A DNA stretch of 63,042 bases from contig DAOUQA010000001.1 of the NCBI GenBank assembly GCA_030625905.1, positions 1 to 63,042 on the forward strand, given 5' to 3'. A program made the translations under genes and the position numbers. How positions within the stretch are numbered: position 1 is the first letter of the stretch; each line of letters opens with the position of its first letter. This document shows, one piece after another, positions 9,397-22,031 of this stretch. The notes beneath the pieces were generated by a model, which worked only from the letters and a program-made list of their open reading frames with translations, had not been told where the DNA came from and did no database searches. The stretch is from Kiritimatiellales bacterium. Its GTDB lineage: Bacteria > Verrucomicrobiota > Kiritimatiellia > Kiritimatiellales > Pontiellaceae.

Positions 9397-10704
9397 ATGG
9401 ACGACGAGACCAAACCAAAACCCCTTCCCGAGAAAGTAGTGCGGCGCCATGCGGATATGCTTGGAGAACTTCTTCCCGAAATAACCCGCCTGGTTATCGA
9501 GGAAGGACGGCCCGCCGACGGGCTGCTCTCCCGCCATCTGCGCGAGCATAAGGAACTCGGTTCGCGCGACCGCCGCTTTCTTTCGCAAGCTATCTTCTCC
9601 TACTTCCGCTGGTACGGCTGGACCGTCAGTAAGCTCAAGCTCCCCGCCGCCGAGGCCTGCCTGCTTGGTGCCGCACTCGACTGCACCGAAATGGGCGATA
9701 GCTTCAACTATCTTGAAGGCCGCTGCGCCCTCCCCTTCCCCATCAAACCACTGGGCGACAAACCCCTCTCCGAGAAAGTCGCCATACTCAACAGACGTTT
9801 CGAGAAGACCCCCGGCATTCAGCCCCTGAATCTTTCCGACCTTGTTCCTCCAGGCTTTGAAAACATGATCGATCCGGAAAAGGCACTTCCGAGCATCGAG
9901 CAGTTCCAAAAACGCCCGCCTACATGGTTGCGCTCGCGAACCGACCCCGCCCAGATCGCTCAGGCCCTGGCCGAACACAACGTGCCCTGTTCCATTCACG
10001 GCACCCTGTCTGCCGCACTTTCGGTGACCGGCGGGATTAGCCTGCCGAACATACTCTCCGCCCATGCCGGGCAGTTTGTGGTGCAGGATGCCGCCTCGCA
10101 GTGCGTCGGCCACGTTTGTGCTCCACAGAAAGGCGCTGACTGGTGGGACTGTTGCGCTGGCGCCGGCGGAAAGTCCCTGCACCTGATGGATCTGATGCAA
10201 CAGGACGGCAAGGTGCTTGCCACCGATATCCGCGTTCCCACACTTAAGGAACTTAAAAAACGCGCGCGCAAATACGGCATCCGCCACATCCGCACCCAGC
10301 CGCACAACGCGGTGTACGACGAGCCCTTCAAAAAAACCTTCGACGGCGTACTTGTCGATGCCCCCTGCTCCGGCTGGGGAACCTGGCCGCGCAACCCGGA
10401 TGCCCGCTGGCGAAGTTCCAAACGCGATATTGCCCAGTGTGCCAACCGGCAGGTCAAGATCCTTAACAATGCAGCCTGGTGCGTCAAACCCGGCGGAACA
10501 CTTGTCTATGCCGCTTGCACCTTCACCCGCCCTGAGACCGAGGAAGTTGTCATGCACTTCCTCGACCAGAACCCCGGCTTTAAACTCGATCCCTTCACCA
10601 ATCCGCTCACCGGCGGGCAAACGAAGGGTCAACTGCAAATCTGGCCGTGGGACGGCCCCGGCGACGCCATGTTCATCGCCCGCTTTGTCCGTACGACGGA
10701 ATAA
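9397..10704 (+). CDS. RsmB/NOP-family RNA m5C methyltransferase
   Basis: VQDAASQ, DCCAGAGGKS, VLVDAPCSGWG and LVYAACT motifs. Confidence 0.93.
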   Translation: MDDETKPKPLPEKVVRRHADMLGELLPEITRLVIEEGRPADGLLSRHLREHKELGSRDRRFLSQAIFSYFRWYGWTVSKLKLPAAEACLLGAALDCTEMGDSFNYLEGRCALPFPIKPLGDKPLSEKVAILNRRFEKTPGIQPLNLSDLVPPGFENMIDPEKALPSIEQFQKRPPTWLRSRTDPAQIAQALAEHNVPCSIHGTLSAALSVTGGISLPNILSAHAGQFVVQDAASQCVGHVCAPQKGADWWDCCAGAGGKSLHLMDLMQQDGKVLATDIRVPTLKELKKRARKYGIRHIRTQPHNAVYDEPFKKTFDGVLVDAPCSGWGTWPRNPDARWRSSKRDIAQCANRQVKILNNAAWCVKPGGTLVYAACTFTRPETEEVVMHFLDQNPGFKLDPFTNPLTGGQTKGQLQIWPWDGPGDAMFIARFVRTTE

Positions 10705-10786
10705 AGTATTCGAATTTTTCGGCAATGTGCTTGAGGGCAATGGCTAGCCTGTTGAATAATGCATTCCACTCATTGAAGGTCTAATT

Positions 10787-10954
10787 ATGAAAACAATTCG
10801 TTCCATCCTCCTGCTGGCCATTGTTGCCACGCTTTCCAGCTCATGCATCAGCCGTACAACCAGCACCAGTGCCCCCTTGGGAAAAGGTGAAGACGGCAAA
10901 GTGACCGAAAAGAAGCTCGTCTGGATCTGGCAGGACGAGTTCCGCAACCCGTAG
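10787..10954 (+). CDS. Small (55 aa) lipoprotein
   Basis: Below the ORF-track cutoff. MKTIRSILLLAIVATLSSS-C lipobox, then ISRTTSTSAPLGKGEDGKVTEKKLVWIWQDEFRNP; GAAGG RBS. Confidence 0.7.
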   Translation: MKTIRSILLLAIVATLSSSCISRTTSTSAPLGKGEDGKVTEKKLVWIWQDEFRNP

Positions 10955-11222
10955 TAGAATCTTCAATGCTACTTTATGCCTTGATAATTCTGGCGTGTAT
11001 CGGCGTTGCCCAAGTGCTGGGAACACTCCCTTTGTAGACGGAAACCGGAAGATAAGAAATCGCCATCCGAGAGCACCTGGAACTGCTCCCATTGCGGCAA
11101 CGATGTCGACGAGTTTGAGAACAAGCTCCAACATTTTTTAACCTCCTTTCCTCAACATATCCTTCCTATTTCCTCCAATGTCTGAAAAAATCGCCGTTCA
11201 CAGTTCACTAGGGGCGTAGGCA

Positions 11223-12500
11223 GTGGCTAAATTCATTATTAATGGCGGGAAAACAATCGGGGGAACCTTCCACCCGCGCGGCAACAAGAACGCCGTGTTG
11301 CCGATGCTCGCCTCCTGCGTATTGACCGATCAGCCCGTCGTGCTCAACAACGTCCCGTTGATCAACGACGTCAAGGTGATGCTCCAACTGCTGGAATCCA
11401 TTGGAGTCGAGGTTTCGCTTGATGACCACACCGTCACCCTTTGCGCAAAAAGCCTAAAGACCACCGAGCTTGGCGAGGAACTCTGCGCCCGCGTCCGCAC
11501 CTCCATCCTGCTGGCTGGACCGCTGGCTGCGCGCCATGGCAGCGCCACCATCTATCCGCCGGGCGGAGATGTCATTGGCCGCCGCCGCCTCGACACCCAC
11601 TTCTACGGCCTGCGCTCCCTGGGTGTTGAAATCTCCACCGATCAAGCCTACCGGTTCAAGGCAGAACCGCTGAACGCCTGGAAAATGGTTTTCGACGAAG
11701 CCAGTGTGACCGCTACGGAAAACGTTTTGATGGCTACCACCCTTGCGAAAGGCACCTCCACCATTTACAACGCCGCCTGCGAGCCGCATGTGCAGGATCT
11801 TGCCCGCCTGCTGAACCAGATGGGCGCGGATATCTCCGGCATCGGAACCAACAACCTGACCATCCATGGCGTAGAAAAACTACAGGGTGCGGAATACACT
11901 GTGCAGCCGGACTATATCGAAGTGGGTAGCTTTATCGCCGCGTCTGTTGTGACCGGCGGACAGCTGACCATCCCGAATGCCAGCGAGCCGCTGGTCTTGC
12001 AGGTTATGCAACGTACCTTTTCAAAACTTGGCGTGGAGTGGACTCGCGATGGCCACACCCTGGTTGTTCCACAACAGACTGGGCGCTCTATTCGCCCGGA
12101 TGAAGGCCATGCCACCCCCAAGATCGAGGACGGTATTTGGCCCGCATTCCCATCCGACCTGATGAGTGTTTGCATCGTGTTGGCCACGCAGACGCAGGGT
12201 ACCGCGCTCTTTTTCGAGAAAATGTTCGAAAGCCGCATGTATTTCGTCGACCACCTCATGGCCATGGGCGCCAACATCATCCAGTGCGATCCCCACCGTG
12301 TCGTAGTGGTCGGCCCGACAAAACTACGCGGCAGTACGCTCACCAGCCCCGACATCCGCGCCGGTATGGCCATGCTGATCGCCGCCTGCTGCGCCGAGGG
12401 CGAAAGCATCATCAAGAACGCGCAGGTGATCGACCGAGGATACGAAGCCATTGAAGATCGACTTTCCGCACTCGGGGCGGACATCACCCGCGAGCCGTAA
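11223..12500 (+). CDS. murA: UDP-N-acetylglucosamine 1-carboxyvinyltransferase
   Basis: GNKNAVLP, PGGDVIGRR (Asp at the Cys115-equivalent position), SVTATEN, AFPSDL, DIRAG. Confidence 0.95.
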   Translation: MAKFIINGGKTIGGTFHPRGNKNAVLPMLASCVLTDQPVVLNNVPLINDVKVMLQLLESIGVEVSLDDHTVTLCAKSLKTTELGEELCARVRTSILLAGPLAARHGSATIYPPGGDVIGRRRLDTHFYGLRSLGVEISTDQAYRFKAEPLNAWKMVFDEASVTATENVLMATTLAKGTSTIYNAACEPHVQDLARLLNQMGADISGIGTNNLTIHGVEKLQGAEYTVQPDYIEVGSFIAASVVTGGQLTIPNASEPLVLQVMQRTFSKLGVEWTRDGHTLVVPQQTGRSIRPDEGHATPKIEDGIWPAFPSDLMSVCIVLATQTQGTALFFEKMFESRMYFVDHLMAMGANIIQCDPHRVVVVGPTKLRGSTLTSPDIRAGMAMLIAACCAEGESIIKNAQVIDRGYEAIEDRLSALGADITREP

Positions 12501-12624
12501 ACCCAATGGCGGGAAATGGACAGGATTATTTTTCTTTCCGAAACTGCATGATCCTGTCATTCAATAATCCTGTCTAAAAATAAAGAAGAGGAGGCTCCGT
12601 ACTTGTGTGGAGCTTCGGAAACCT

Positions 12625-12840
12625 TCATGACCGGCCACGGATGGGCCAACTTCCGATTGCCTCGAAATAGCGTGTTTCCGGAGCGATATCCAGCTCCCCA
12701 TCCGCCCATGTGATTGTGTCCCAATCAGAATCAACGGCGAATTGCTTGAACTCATTATATCGGACATGGAAATGCGGAGGGGCATGGTCATTATAGAACA
12801 TACCGATCACAATTCCATAAAACCGACTTATTTCCGGCCT
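12625..12840 (-). pseudogene. Collapsed DUF4160/DUF2442 toxin-antitoxin-type pair (fusion remnant)
   Basis: (AGG in place of ATG)-PEISRFYGIVIGMFYNDHAPPHFHVRYNE, a DUF4160 N-terminus, joined in frame to FKQFAVDSDWDTITWADGELDIAPE, a DUF2442 C-terminus. Confidence 0.75.
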
Positions 12841-12873
12841 CTGAATTTGGCGGCAACGGAGTGCCGCCCTCCA

Positions 12874-15408
12874 TTATTCGCTTTGCTCTTCTTCGGAAGC
12901 CTCGGCCTCCGGCACGGACTCCGCAGCCGGGGCTTCCCCTTCGGGAACTTCCGGAACATCCTCTTCGGGATCGAGGAGGGCGGCGGAGACCAGCTTGTCG
13001 CCTTCCTTCAGCCTCACTAAGCGAACGCCCTGGGTATTGCGGCCAATGACGCGGAGGTCGCTGGCACCGATGCAGATCATCTGCCCGCCTTCGGAGATGA
13101 GCATGATGCGATGTTCGTCGGTGACGGCGTGCGCGCTGATGACGTTACCATTCCGCTCGGTGGTCTGGATGGAGATGATGCCTTTTCCGCCACGGCTCTG
13201 CGTTCGGTATTCGTCGAAGCTCGTCCGCTTGCCAAAGCCGTTTTCGGTAATGGCCATCATCGTGGCTTCGGTGTCGACAATCTCGATAGTCACGACCTCG
13301 TCGTCGCCGACGAGCCTCACGCCCTTGACGCCGCGCGAAACGCGGCCAAGCGGACGGGCATCGGTTTCCTTGAAGCGGATCGCTTTACCGTTGTGCAGGC
13401 TGAGGATAATTTCGTTCTCGCCGTTGGTGAGCTTCACGCCGATGAGCTGGTCATCCTCATCAATATTAATGGCCTTGACGCCGGCAACACGGACGTTCTT
13501 ATAGGCGGCCAGCACGGTCTTTTTCACAATGCCCTTCTTGGTGGCCATGATCAGGTTATGATCGTGATCGTCGAGCTCGCGCACGCAGAGGATGGCGGCG
13601 AGCTTTTCGTCCTGCCCCATTTGCAGCACGTTGGCGAGCGAGCGGCCGCGGCTCTGGCGAGTGCCTTCCGGCACATAGTAGGCCTTGAGCCAGTACATCC
13701 GCCCCGCCTCGGTGAAGCAGAGCAGATAGTCGTGCGTCGAAGCGGTGAAGATGTGCTCCACAAAATCCTCGTCCTTCGTGTTCATGCCGATCACGCCCTT
13801 GCCACCGCGCCGTTGCTGGCGGTAGGTATCGGTCGGGACGCGTTTGATGTAGCCCGTGTTCGAGAGCGTGATCACGCAGGGCTCGTCGGCGATGAGGTCT
13901 TCGATGTCGATCTCACCCTCGTCGATGCGCAGATCGGTGCGGCGGACTTCGCCGTATTTGGCGCGGATCTGTTCGAGATCCTCCTTCATGACTTCAAAGA
14001 TTTTTTCGGGATGCGCCAGCAGGTCTTCGAGATAGTCCATCAGCTTCTTGAGTTCGGCGTATTCCGCTTCGACCTTGTCGCGCTCCAGCCCGGTGAGCTG
14101 GTAGAGGCGCATTTCGAGAATGGCCTTCGCCTGGATCTCGCTGAACTTGAATTTTTCAATCAAACGCTCCTGCGCTTCGTCACGGTTTTTCGAGTCGCGG
14201 ATAATGCGGACAACCTCGTCCATATTGTCCATCGCCAGCAGATAGCCTTCGAGGATATGGGCGCGGGCGGCGGCTTTATCGAGATCAAACTGGGTGCGGC
14301 GGGTAATCACTTCAAAGCGGTGGTCGATGAAGCACTTGAGGACTTCCTTCAGGTTCATTACGCGCGGCTTGCCCTTGTCGATGGCGAGCATGATGGATCC
14401 GAAGGTCGATTCGAGCTGCGTATGCTTGTAGATGTTGTTTAGCAGCACGTTCGGCACAGCATTGCGCTTGAGCTCGATAACCAGGCGGATGCCCTCCTTA
14501 CCGGACTCGTCGCGGATGTCGGAAATGCCTTCGAGTTTCTTGTCGCGCACGAGTGAAACCATCTTGGTGATCAGCAGCGTCTTGTTCAGCGCATACGGGA
14601 TTTCGGTGATGATGATGCGCGCCTTGCCGTTGTCGTCTTCCTCGATATCGGCCTTTCCGCGCATCTTAATCTTGCCGCGGCCGGTGGTGTAGAAATCACG
14701 CACGGCCTTCAATCCATAGACCGACCCACCGGTCGGGAAGTCCGGCCCCTTGACCAGCTCGCACAGCTCGTCGATGGTCGCTTCCGGATTGTCGATCAAC
14801 CGGATCGTTCCGTCGATGACTTCGCCGAGGTTATGCGGTGGAATGTTAGTGGCCATGCCGACGGCGATGCCGGTCGAGCCATTGACGAGCAGGTTGGGAA
14901 CGCGCGCCGGAAGCACGGAAGGCTCCATCAGCGATTCGTCAAAGTTCGGCCGCATGTCGACCGTATCCTTGTCGATATCAGCCAGCATCTCTTCGGCCAG
15001 CGGACGGAGGCGGCACTCGGTGTATCGATAGGCCGCCGCGCGGTCGCCGTCGATGGAACCAAAGTTGCCCTGCCCATCGATGAGCATGCCGCGCATCGCA
15101 AAGTCCTGCGCCATGCGTACCATCGTATCGTAGACTGCGGTATCCCCGTGCGGATGGTAGTTGCCAATCACTTCGCCGACGACCTTCGCGCATTTGACAT
15201 AGGCCTTGTTGTGCGTCCAGCCGCGCTCCTTCATGGCGTAGAGGATGCGGCGGTTGCCCGGCTTCATCCCGTCGCGCACATCCGGCAGCGCGCGCCCAAC
15301 AATCACCGACATTGAATAGTCGATGTAGGCTCGCTGCATCTCATCTTCAATATTAATCAGGTCAATACGTTCGTTCGTGTTTTCCATAATCCGTCTTTCG
15401 TCTGTCAT
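12874..15408 (-). CDS. gyrA: DNA gyrase subunit A
   Basis: [23 protein letters not shown] catalytic Tyr, GyrA-box QRRGGKG, beta-pinwheel repeats. Start may be 15387. Confidence 0.98.
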   Translation of the reverse strand: MTDERRIMENTNERIDLINIEDEMQRAYIDYSMSVIVGRALPDVRDGMKPGNRRILYAMKERGWTHNKAYVKCAKVVGEVIGNYHPHGDTAVYDTMVRMAQDFAMRGMLIDGQGNFGSIDGDRAAAYRYTECRLRPLAEEMLADIDKDTVDMRPNFDESLMEPSVLPARVPNLLVNGSTGIAVGMATNIPPHNLGEVIDGTIRLIDNPEATIDELCELVKGPDFPTGGSVYGLKAVRDFYTTGRGKIKMRGKADIEEDDNGKARIIITEIPYALNKTLLITKMVSLVRDKKLEGISDIRDESGKEGIRLVIELKRNAVPNVLLNNIYKHTQLESTFGSIMLAIDKGKPRVMNLKEVLKCFIDHRFEVITRRTQFDLDKAAARAHILEGYLLAMDNMDEVVRIIRDSKNRDEAQERLIEKFKFSEIQAKAILEMRLYQLTGLERDKVEAEYAELKKLMDYLEDLLAHPEKIFEVMKEDLEQIRAKYGEVRRTDLRIDEGEIDIEDLIADEPCVITLSNTGYIKRVPTDTYRQQRRGGKGVIGMNTKDEDFVEHIFTASTHDYLLCFTEAGRMYWLKAYYVPEGTRQSRGRSLANVLQMGQDEKLAAILCVRELDDHDHNLIMATKKGIVKKTVLAAYKNVRVAGVKAINIDEDDQLIGVKLTNGENEIILSLHNGKAIRFKETDARPLGRVSRGVKGVRLVGDDEVVTIEIVDTEATMMAITENGFGKRTSFDEYRTQSRGGKGIISIQTTERNGNVISAHAVTDEHRIMLISEGGQMICIGASDLRVIGRNTQGVRLVRLKEGDKLVSAALLDPEEDVPEVPEGEAPAAESVPEAEASEEEQSE

Positions 15409-15456
15409 TAACGAGTAATGCGTAATGGCTATTGCGTTCTATGCGTTCCGTCGCGG

Positions 15457-18039
<2,583 letters not shown>

Positions 18040-18546
18040 CTATTTCCTTTCAGTCAGATTAATCTGCGAACAATAGCAGAACCGGCGATTTCATAGCAAC
18101 GGAAGAAGGGGGGAATTTGGAGAAATTTTAGCCTGAAAATGGCGGGGGGAACATGGGAGAAAGACATTATCCCCCCGTTCCTGTGCCTGCCTGGAATTGG
18201 GTTGCTGTATTACGAGCCAACCCCGGCCAAGCAATGGCTACGGCGATCCCGAAACCTGCATTTTATTTACCGACAGAGAGCGGAGGTCTTCCCAAAATGA
18301 TGAAATAATCGGACGGGTACCGGCTTCGGACTGACGTCGGCTTCCGAGACACCGTTCTAGGCTCCGGCCTTTGCGTAGATCTCATCGATATTGCGCAGGG
18401 GATTGAATCCCCGCCATTTAGCGTCTTTCGGGCGTAGCATCAGGGTGGTATTGATCCGCCTTCTCCAATAGCCCTTGGGAATAGAACGGCAATTCATAGG
18501 CGAAGCCTGTTCCAATCAGAGAGAAAGCCATACTACCAATTATCCG

Positions 18547-19833
18547 CTACCGCTTGACGACAGGCACGTAGGGGCGGAGGTTTTCGCCGGTGTAGATCTG
18601 GCGGGGGCGTGAGATGCGCTGGTTGTGGCTGAGCATTTCGCGCCAGTTGGCGATCCAGCCGGGCATGCGTCCAATGGCAAACATCACCGTGAACATGTTC
18701 ACCGGAATGCCGATCGCCTTCAACAAGATCCCGCTGTAGAAGTCCACGTTGGGATAAAGGTTGCGCTCGATAAAATATTCGTCGCTCAGGGCCACCTCTT
18801 CAAGTTCCCGGGCAATGTTGAGCAACGGATCGTCGATTTTCAGCGCCCGGAGAACATTGTCCACCTGCGTCTTGAGAATCCGGGCGCGGGGATCGAAGTT
18901 TTTGTAAACACGATGACCGAATCCCATCAGCTTGGTGTCGTTGGTCTTATCCTTAGCGGCATCGACATAGTCGCTCAATTTGATCCCGTTTTTATGGATA
19001 TTTTCGAGCATGGCGATCACGGCGGCGTTGGCACCGCCGTGCAACGGCCCCCAGAGTGCCCCGACACCGGCCGCGACGGACGTGAAGAGGTTGACGTGCG
19101 AGCTGCCGGCAATGCGCACGGTGGAGGTGGAACAGTTTTGCTCGTGGTCGGTGTGCAGCAAAAAGAAAAGGTCGATCGCCTTTTCCACTTCCGGCTTGAT
19201 CTCGTAGAGATCGAACGGGCGAGAAAACATCATATGCAGGAAGTTGCCGCAGTAGCTCACACTCGGGCTGGGCGCCATATAGGATTTTCCGCGGGAAGCA
19301 CGGTAGCTCCACGCGGCAATCGTCCGGACTTTGGACATGATCTTGGCCACCGCCGTATCAAAGGCCTCGCCTTCATAGGTCGTCGTTAAAAGCTCGGGGT
19401 TGTAGCAGGCGAGCGTATTGAGCATCGACGAGAGGATCGCCATCGGTGGCGCCTGATCTGGAAAGCCCTCAAAGTGGCTCTTCATGGAGGTGTGCAACTC
19501 GGCCTCGTCGGCAATGCCGGCATCAAATTCGTTCAGCTCCTTCTGGGACGGAAGGTAGCCGTAGAGAACCAGATAGGCGGTTTCCAAAAAACTCGATTTC
19601 TCGGCCAACTCCTCGATGGCATAGCCCCGATAGCGAAGAATCCCCTTTTCGCCGTTGATGAAGGTGATGTCCGATTTGCAGGAACCCGTGTTGGCAAAGC
19701 CCGGATCGAGCGTGATCAGCCCCGTTTGGGCGCGCAGTTTTGTGATATCCAGCCCGACTTCGTTTTCCGTTCCAATCACGGCATCGAGTTCAACCTTCTT
19801 TCCGTCATAGTCCAATATTGCTTTTCCACTCAT
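18547..19833 (-). CDS. gltA: Citrate synthase
   Basis: DHEQNCST, GPLHGGAN, LMGFGHRVYK, LYPNVDFYSG. Confidence 0.97.
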   Translation of the reverse strand: MSGKAILDYDGKKVELDAVIGTENEVGLDITKLRAQTGLITLDPGFANTGSCKSDITFINGEKGILRYRGYAIEELAEKSSFLETAYLVLYGYLPSQKELNEFDAGIADEAELHTSMKSHFEGFPDQAPPMAILSSMLNTLACYNPELLTTTYEGEAFDTAVAKIMSKVRTIAAWSYRASRGKSYMAPSPSVSYCGNFLHMMFSRPFDLYEIKPEVEKAIDLFFLLHTDHEQNCSTSTVRIAGSSHVNLFTSVAAGVGALWGPLHGGANAAVIAMLENIHKNGIKLSDYVDAAKDKTNDTKLMGFGHRVYKNFDPRARILKTQVDNVLRALKIDDPLLNIARELEEVALSDEYFIERNLYPNVDFYSGILLKAIGIPVNMFTVMFAIGRMPGWIANWREMLSHNQRISRPRQIYTGENLRPYVPVVKR

Positions 19834-19893
19834 GATGCTTCTCCGCCTAGAATTGATGTTCCACTCATAATGCTTCTCCGCCTAGAATTGATT
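19824..19893. repeat. 35-bp tandem duplication at the sucD-gltA junction
   Basis: TTCCACTCAT(G/A)ATGCTTCTCCGCCTAGAATTGAT(G/T) at 19824 and 19859. Confidence 0.9.
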
Positions 19894-20752
19894 TTACGGT
19901 GCGCCCGATATCCGCCGGGGATTCAACCACGGCAATGCCGCACTCGGCCATTAGCTTTTTCTTTGCCGCCGCCGACTCGTCCGCGCCAGAAACAATCGCT
20001 CCCGCGTGCCCCATGCGCCGACCGGGTGGTGCCGTTTGTCCAGCGATGAATCCAACGACCGGCTTGCTCATGTTGTCCTTGGCGTACTGCACCGCCTCGA
20101 TCTCCATCGAGCCGCCGATCTCGCCGATCAGGACAATCGCCTCGGTTTCCGGATCGGCCTCGAACATTTCGAGCAGTTCCTTCATTGTGGTTCCAATGAT
20201 GGGATCGCCGCCAATGCCGATACAGGTCGACTGTCCCAGCCCTTCTGCGCACAACTGGTGCATCGCTTCGTAGGTCAGGGTTCCTGATTTCGAGATCACA
20301 CCCACCGATCCCTTCTTCGCGATGAAACCGGGCATGATGCCCACCTTGGCTTCGTCCGGCGTCAGAATGCCGGGGCAGTTGGGGCCGATAAAGCGCGAGC
20401 CAGTCCTCTCGACGAATGCCTTCACCTCGACCATCTGCGCAATAGGAATCCCTTCCGTGATGCAGACAACCAGTTCGATGCCCGCCGCGGCGGCCTCCAT
20501 GATTGCATCGGCCGCGAACGGCGGCGGCACAAAAATCAACGATACGTTTGCGCCGGTCTCGGCACGCGCCTCGGCACAACTGTTGAAAACCGGAACCGCA
20601 CCTTCGAGCGCGGATTGCCCGCCCTTGCCCGGCGTGACGCCGCCCACGATGTTGCCACCATATTCCAGACATTGAGCCGCGTGAAAGCTCCCTTCGGAAC
20701 CCGTGATTCCCTGCACAACAATCCTTGAATCCCTATCCACTAAAATCGCCAT
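19865..20752 (-). CDS. sucD: Succinyl-CoA synthetase alpha subunit
   Basis: [29 protein letters not shown] phospho-His motif. Confidence 0.97.
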   Translation of the reverse strand: MAILVDRDSRIVVQGITGSEGSFHAAQCLEYGGNIVGGVTPGKGGQSALEGAVPVFNSCAEARAETGANVSLIFVPPPFAADAIMEAAAAGIELVVCITEGIPIAQMVEVKAFVERTGSRFIGPNCPGILTPDEAKVGIMPGFIAKKGSVGVISKSGTLTYEAMHQLCAEGLGQSTCIGIGGDPIIGTTMKELLEMFEADPETEAIVLIGEIGGSMEIEAVQYAKDNMSKPVVGFIAGQTAPPGRRMGHAGAIVSGADESAAAKKKLMAECGIAVVESPADIGRTVKSILGGEAL

Positions 20753-21935
20753 AATTCAACCTTGTTTTTGCAGCTTTCACAACCTTGTTTGCGGCATCCT
20801 CGAAGGAGTCCGCGGAAATAATCGATACGCCGGAATTGGCCAGCAAATCCTTCGCCACGCCGGCGTTGGTTCCCTCCAGCCGTACCACCACAGGAACCTT
20901 TAGGTCGAGCTCCTTGACCGCCTCGATAATACCGTTGGCGATGCGGTCGCACCGGACGATCCCGCCGAAGATATTGATCAGCACCGCCTTCACGTTTTCA
21001 TCGGCAAGGATGATGCGGAAACCGTTCTTCACCGTTTCGACATTTGCGCCGCCGCCGACGTCGAGAAAGTTGGCCGGCGATCCGCCGACCTGCTTGATGA
21101 TGTCCATCGTCGACATCGCCAGCCCCGCGCCGTTGACCATGCAACCGACGGTGCCGTCGAGCTTGATATAGTTGAGGTTGTATTTCCCCGCCTCGACCTC
21201 GGCAGGATCCTCCTCGTCGAGGTCGCGCATTTCGGCCACATCGGGATGCAGGTAGAGCGCGTTGTCGTCGAAATTGATTTTTGCGTCGAGTGCCACCAGG
21301 TCGCCTTGCCCGGTCAGGACTAGCGGATTGATCTCCACGATGGAGCAGTCAAGTTCGCGGTAGAGTTGGTACAGCTTCTGGAAAATGCCGGGGGCTTGTT
21401 TGGCCGCCTGGCCTTCCAGCCCCAGCGCCGCTACCAGTCTGCGCGCTTGGAATGGGCGAAGTCCAAACCCCGGAACAATCGCCTGCTTGACGATCTTTTC
21501 CGGCGAGGTCTTGGCGATCTCCTCGATCTCCACGCCGCCCTCGGACGAAACCATGAAGACATCCATTCCCGTGGCGCGGTCGAGCGTGATGGCCGCGTAG
21601 AACTCCTGCTTGATATCGAGTGCCGGCGTAATCATCACTTTCTTCACCAGCTTTCCCTCGGCGCCGGTCTGGTGCGTGACGAGCACCATGCCCAGAATGT
21701 TCCGGATGTTTTCGAGCGCACTGGCGCGGTTGGGCGAAAACTTGACGCCGCCACCCTTGCCGCGACCGCCCGTATGCACCTGCGCCTTGATGACGAATTG
21801 TTCCGTATCCAATTCCGAGGCCACCTGTTCAATCGCCGCCTCGGCCTGCGCCAGATCCCCGATGGTTGTCCCACCCGGGATTGGAACGCCGTAGCGCTTC
21901 AGCAGCTCGTTGGCTTGGTATTCGTGTATTTTCAT
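20733..21935 (-). CDS. sucC: Succinyl-CoA synthetase beta subunit
   Basis: [49 protein letters not shown]. Confidence 0.97.
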   Translation of the reverse strand: MKIHEYQANELLKRYGVPIPGGTTIGDLAQAEAAIEQVASELDTEQFVIKAQVHTGGRGKGGGVKFSPNRASALENIRNILGMVLVTHQTGAEGKLVKKVMITPALDIKQEFYAAITLDRATGMDVFMVSSEGGVEIEEIAKTSPEKIVKQAIVPGFGLRPFQARRLVAALGLEGQAAKQAPGIFQKLYQLYRELDCSIVEINPLVLTGQGDLVALDAKINFDDNALYLHPDVAEMRDLDEEDPAEVEAGKYNLNYIKLDGTVGCMVNGAGLAMSTMDIIKQVGGSPANFLDVGGGANVETVKNGFRIILADENVKAVLINIFGGIVRCDRIANGIIEAVKELDLKVPVVVRLEGTNAGVAKDLLANSGVSIISADSFEDAANKVVKAAKTRLNYGDFSG

Positions 21936-21940
21936 AGGCT

Positions 21941-22031
21941 GTAATCCGTACCGAGTAATTCGTAATTTTCTAAATCCATGACCTGTTCGTTTTCGTTGCC
22001 GAGCAATTACGCATTACTCACTTACGAGTTA
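21941..22031. repeat. Heptamer-based imperfect inverted repeat between korB and sucC, overlapping the korB stop
   Basis: GTAATCCGTACCGAGTAATTCGTAATT pairs imperfectly with AATTACGCATTACTCACTTACGAGTTAC. Confidence 0.65.
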
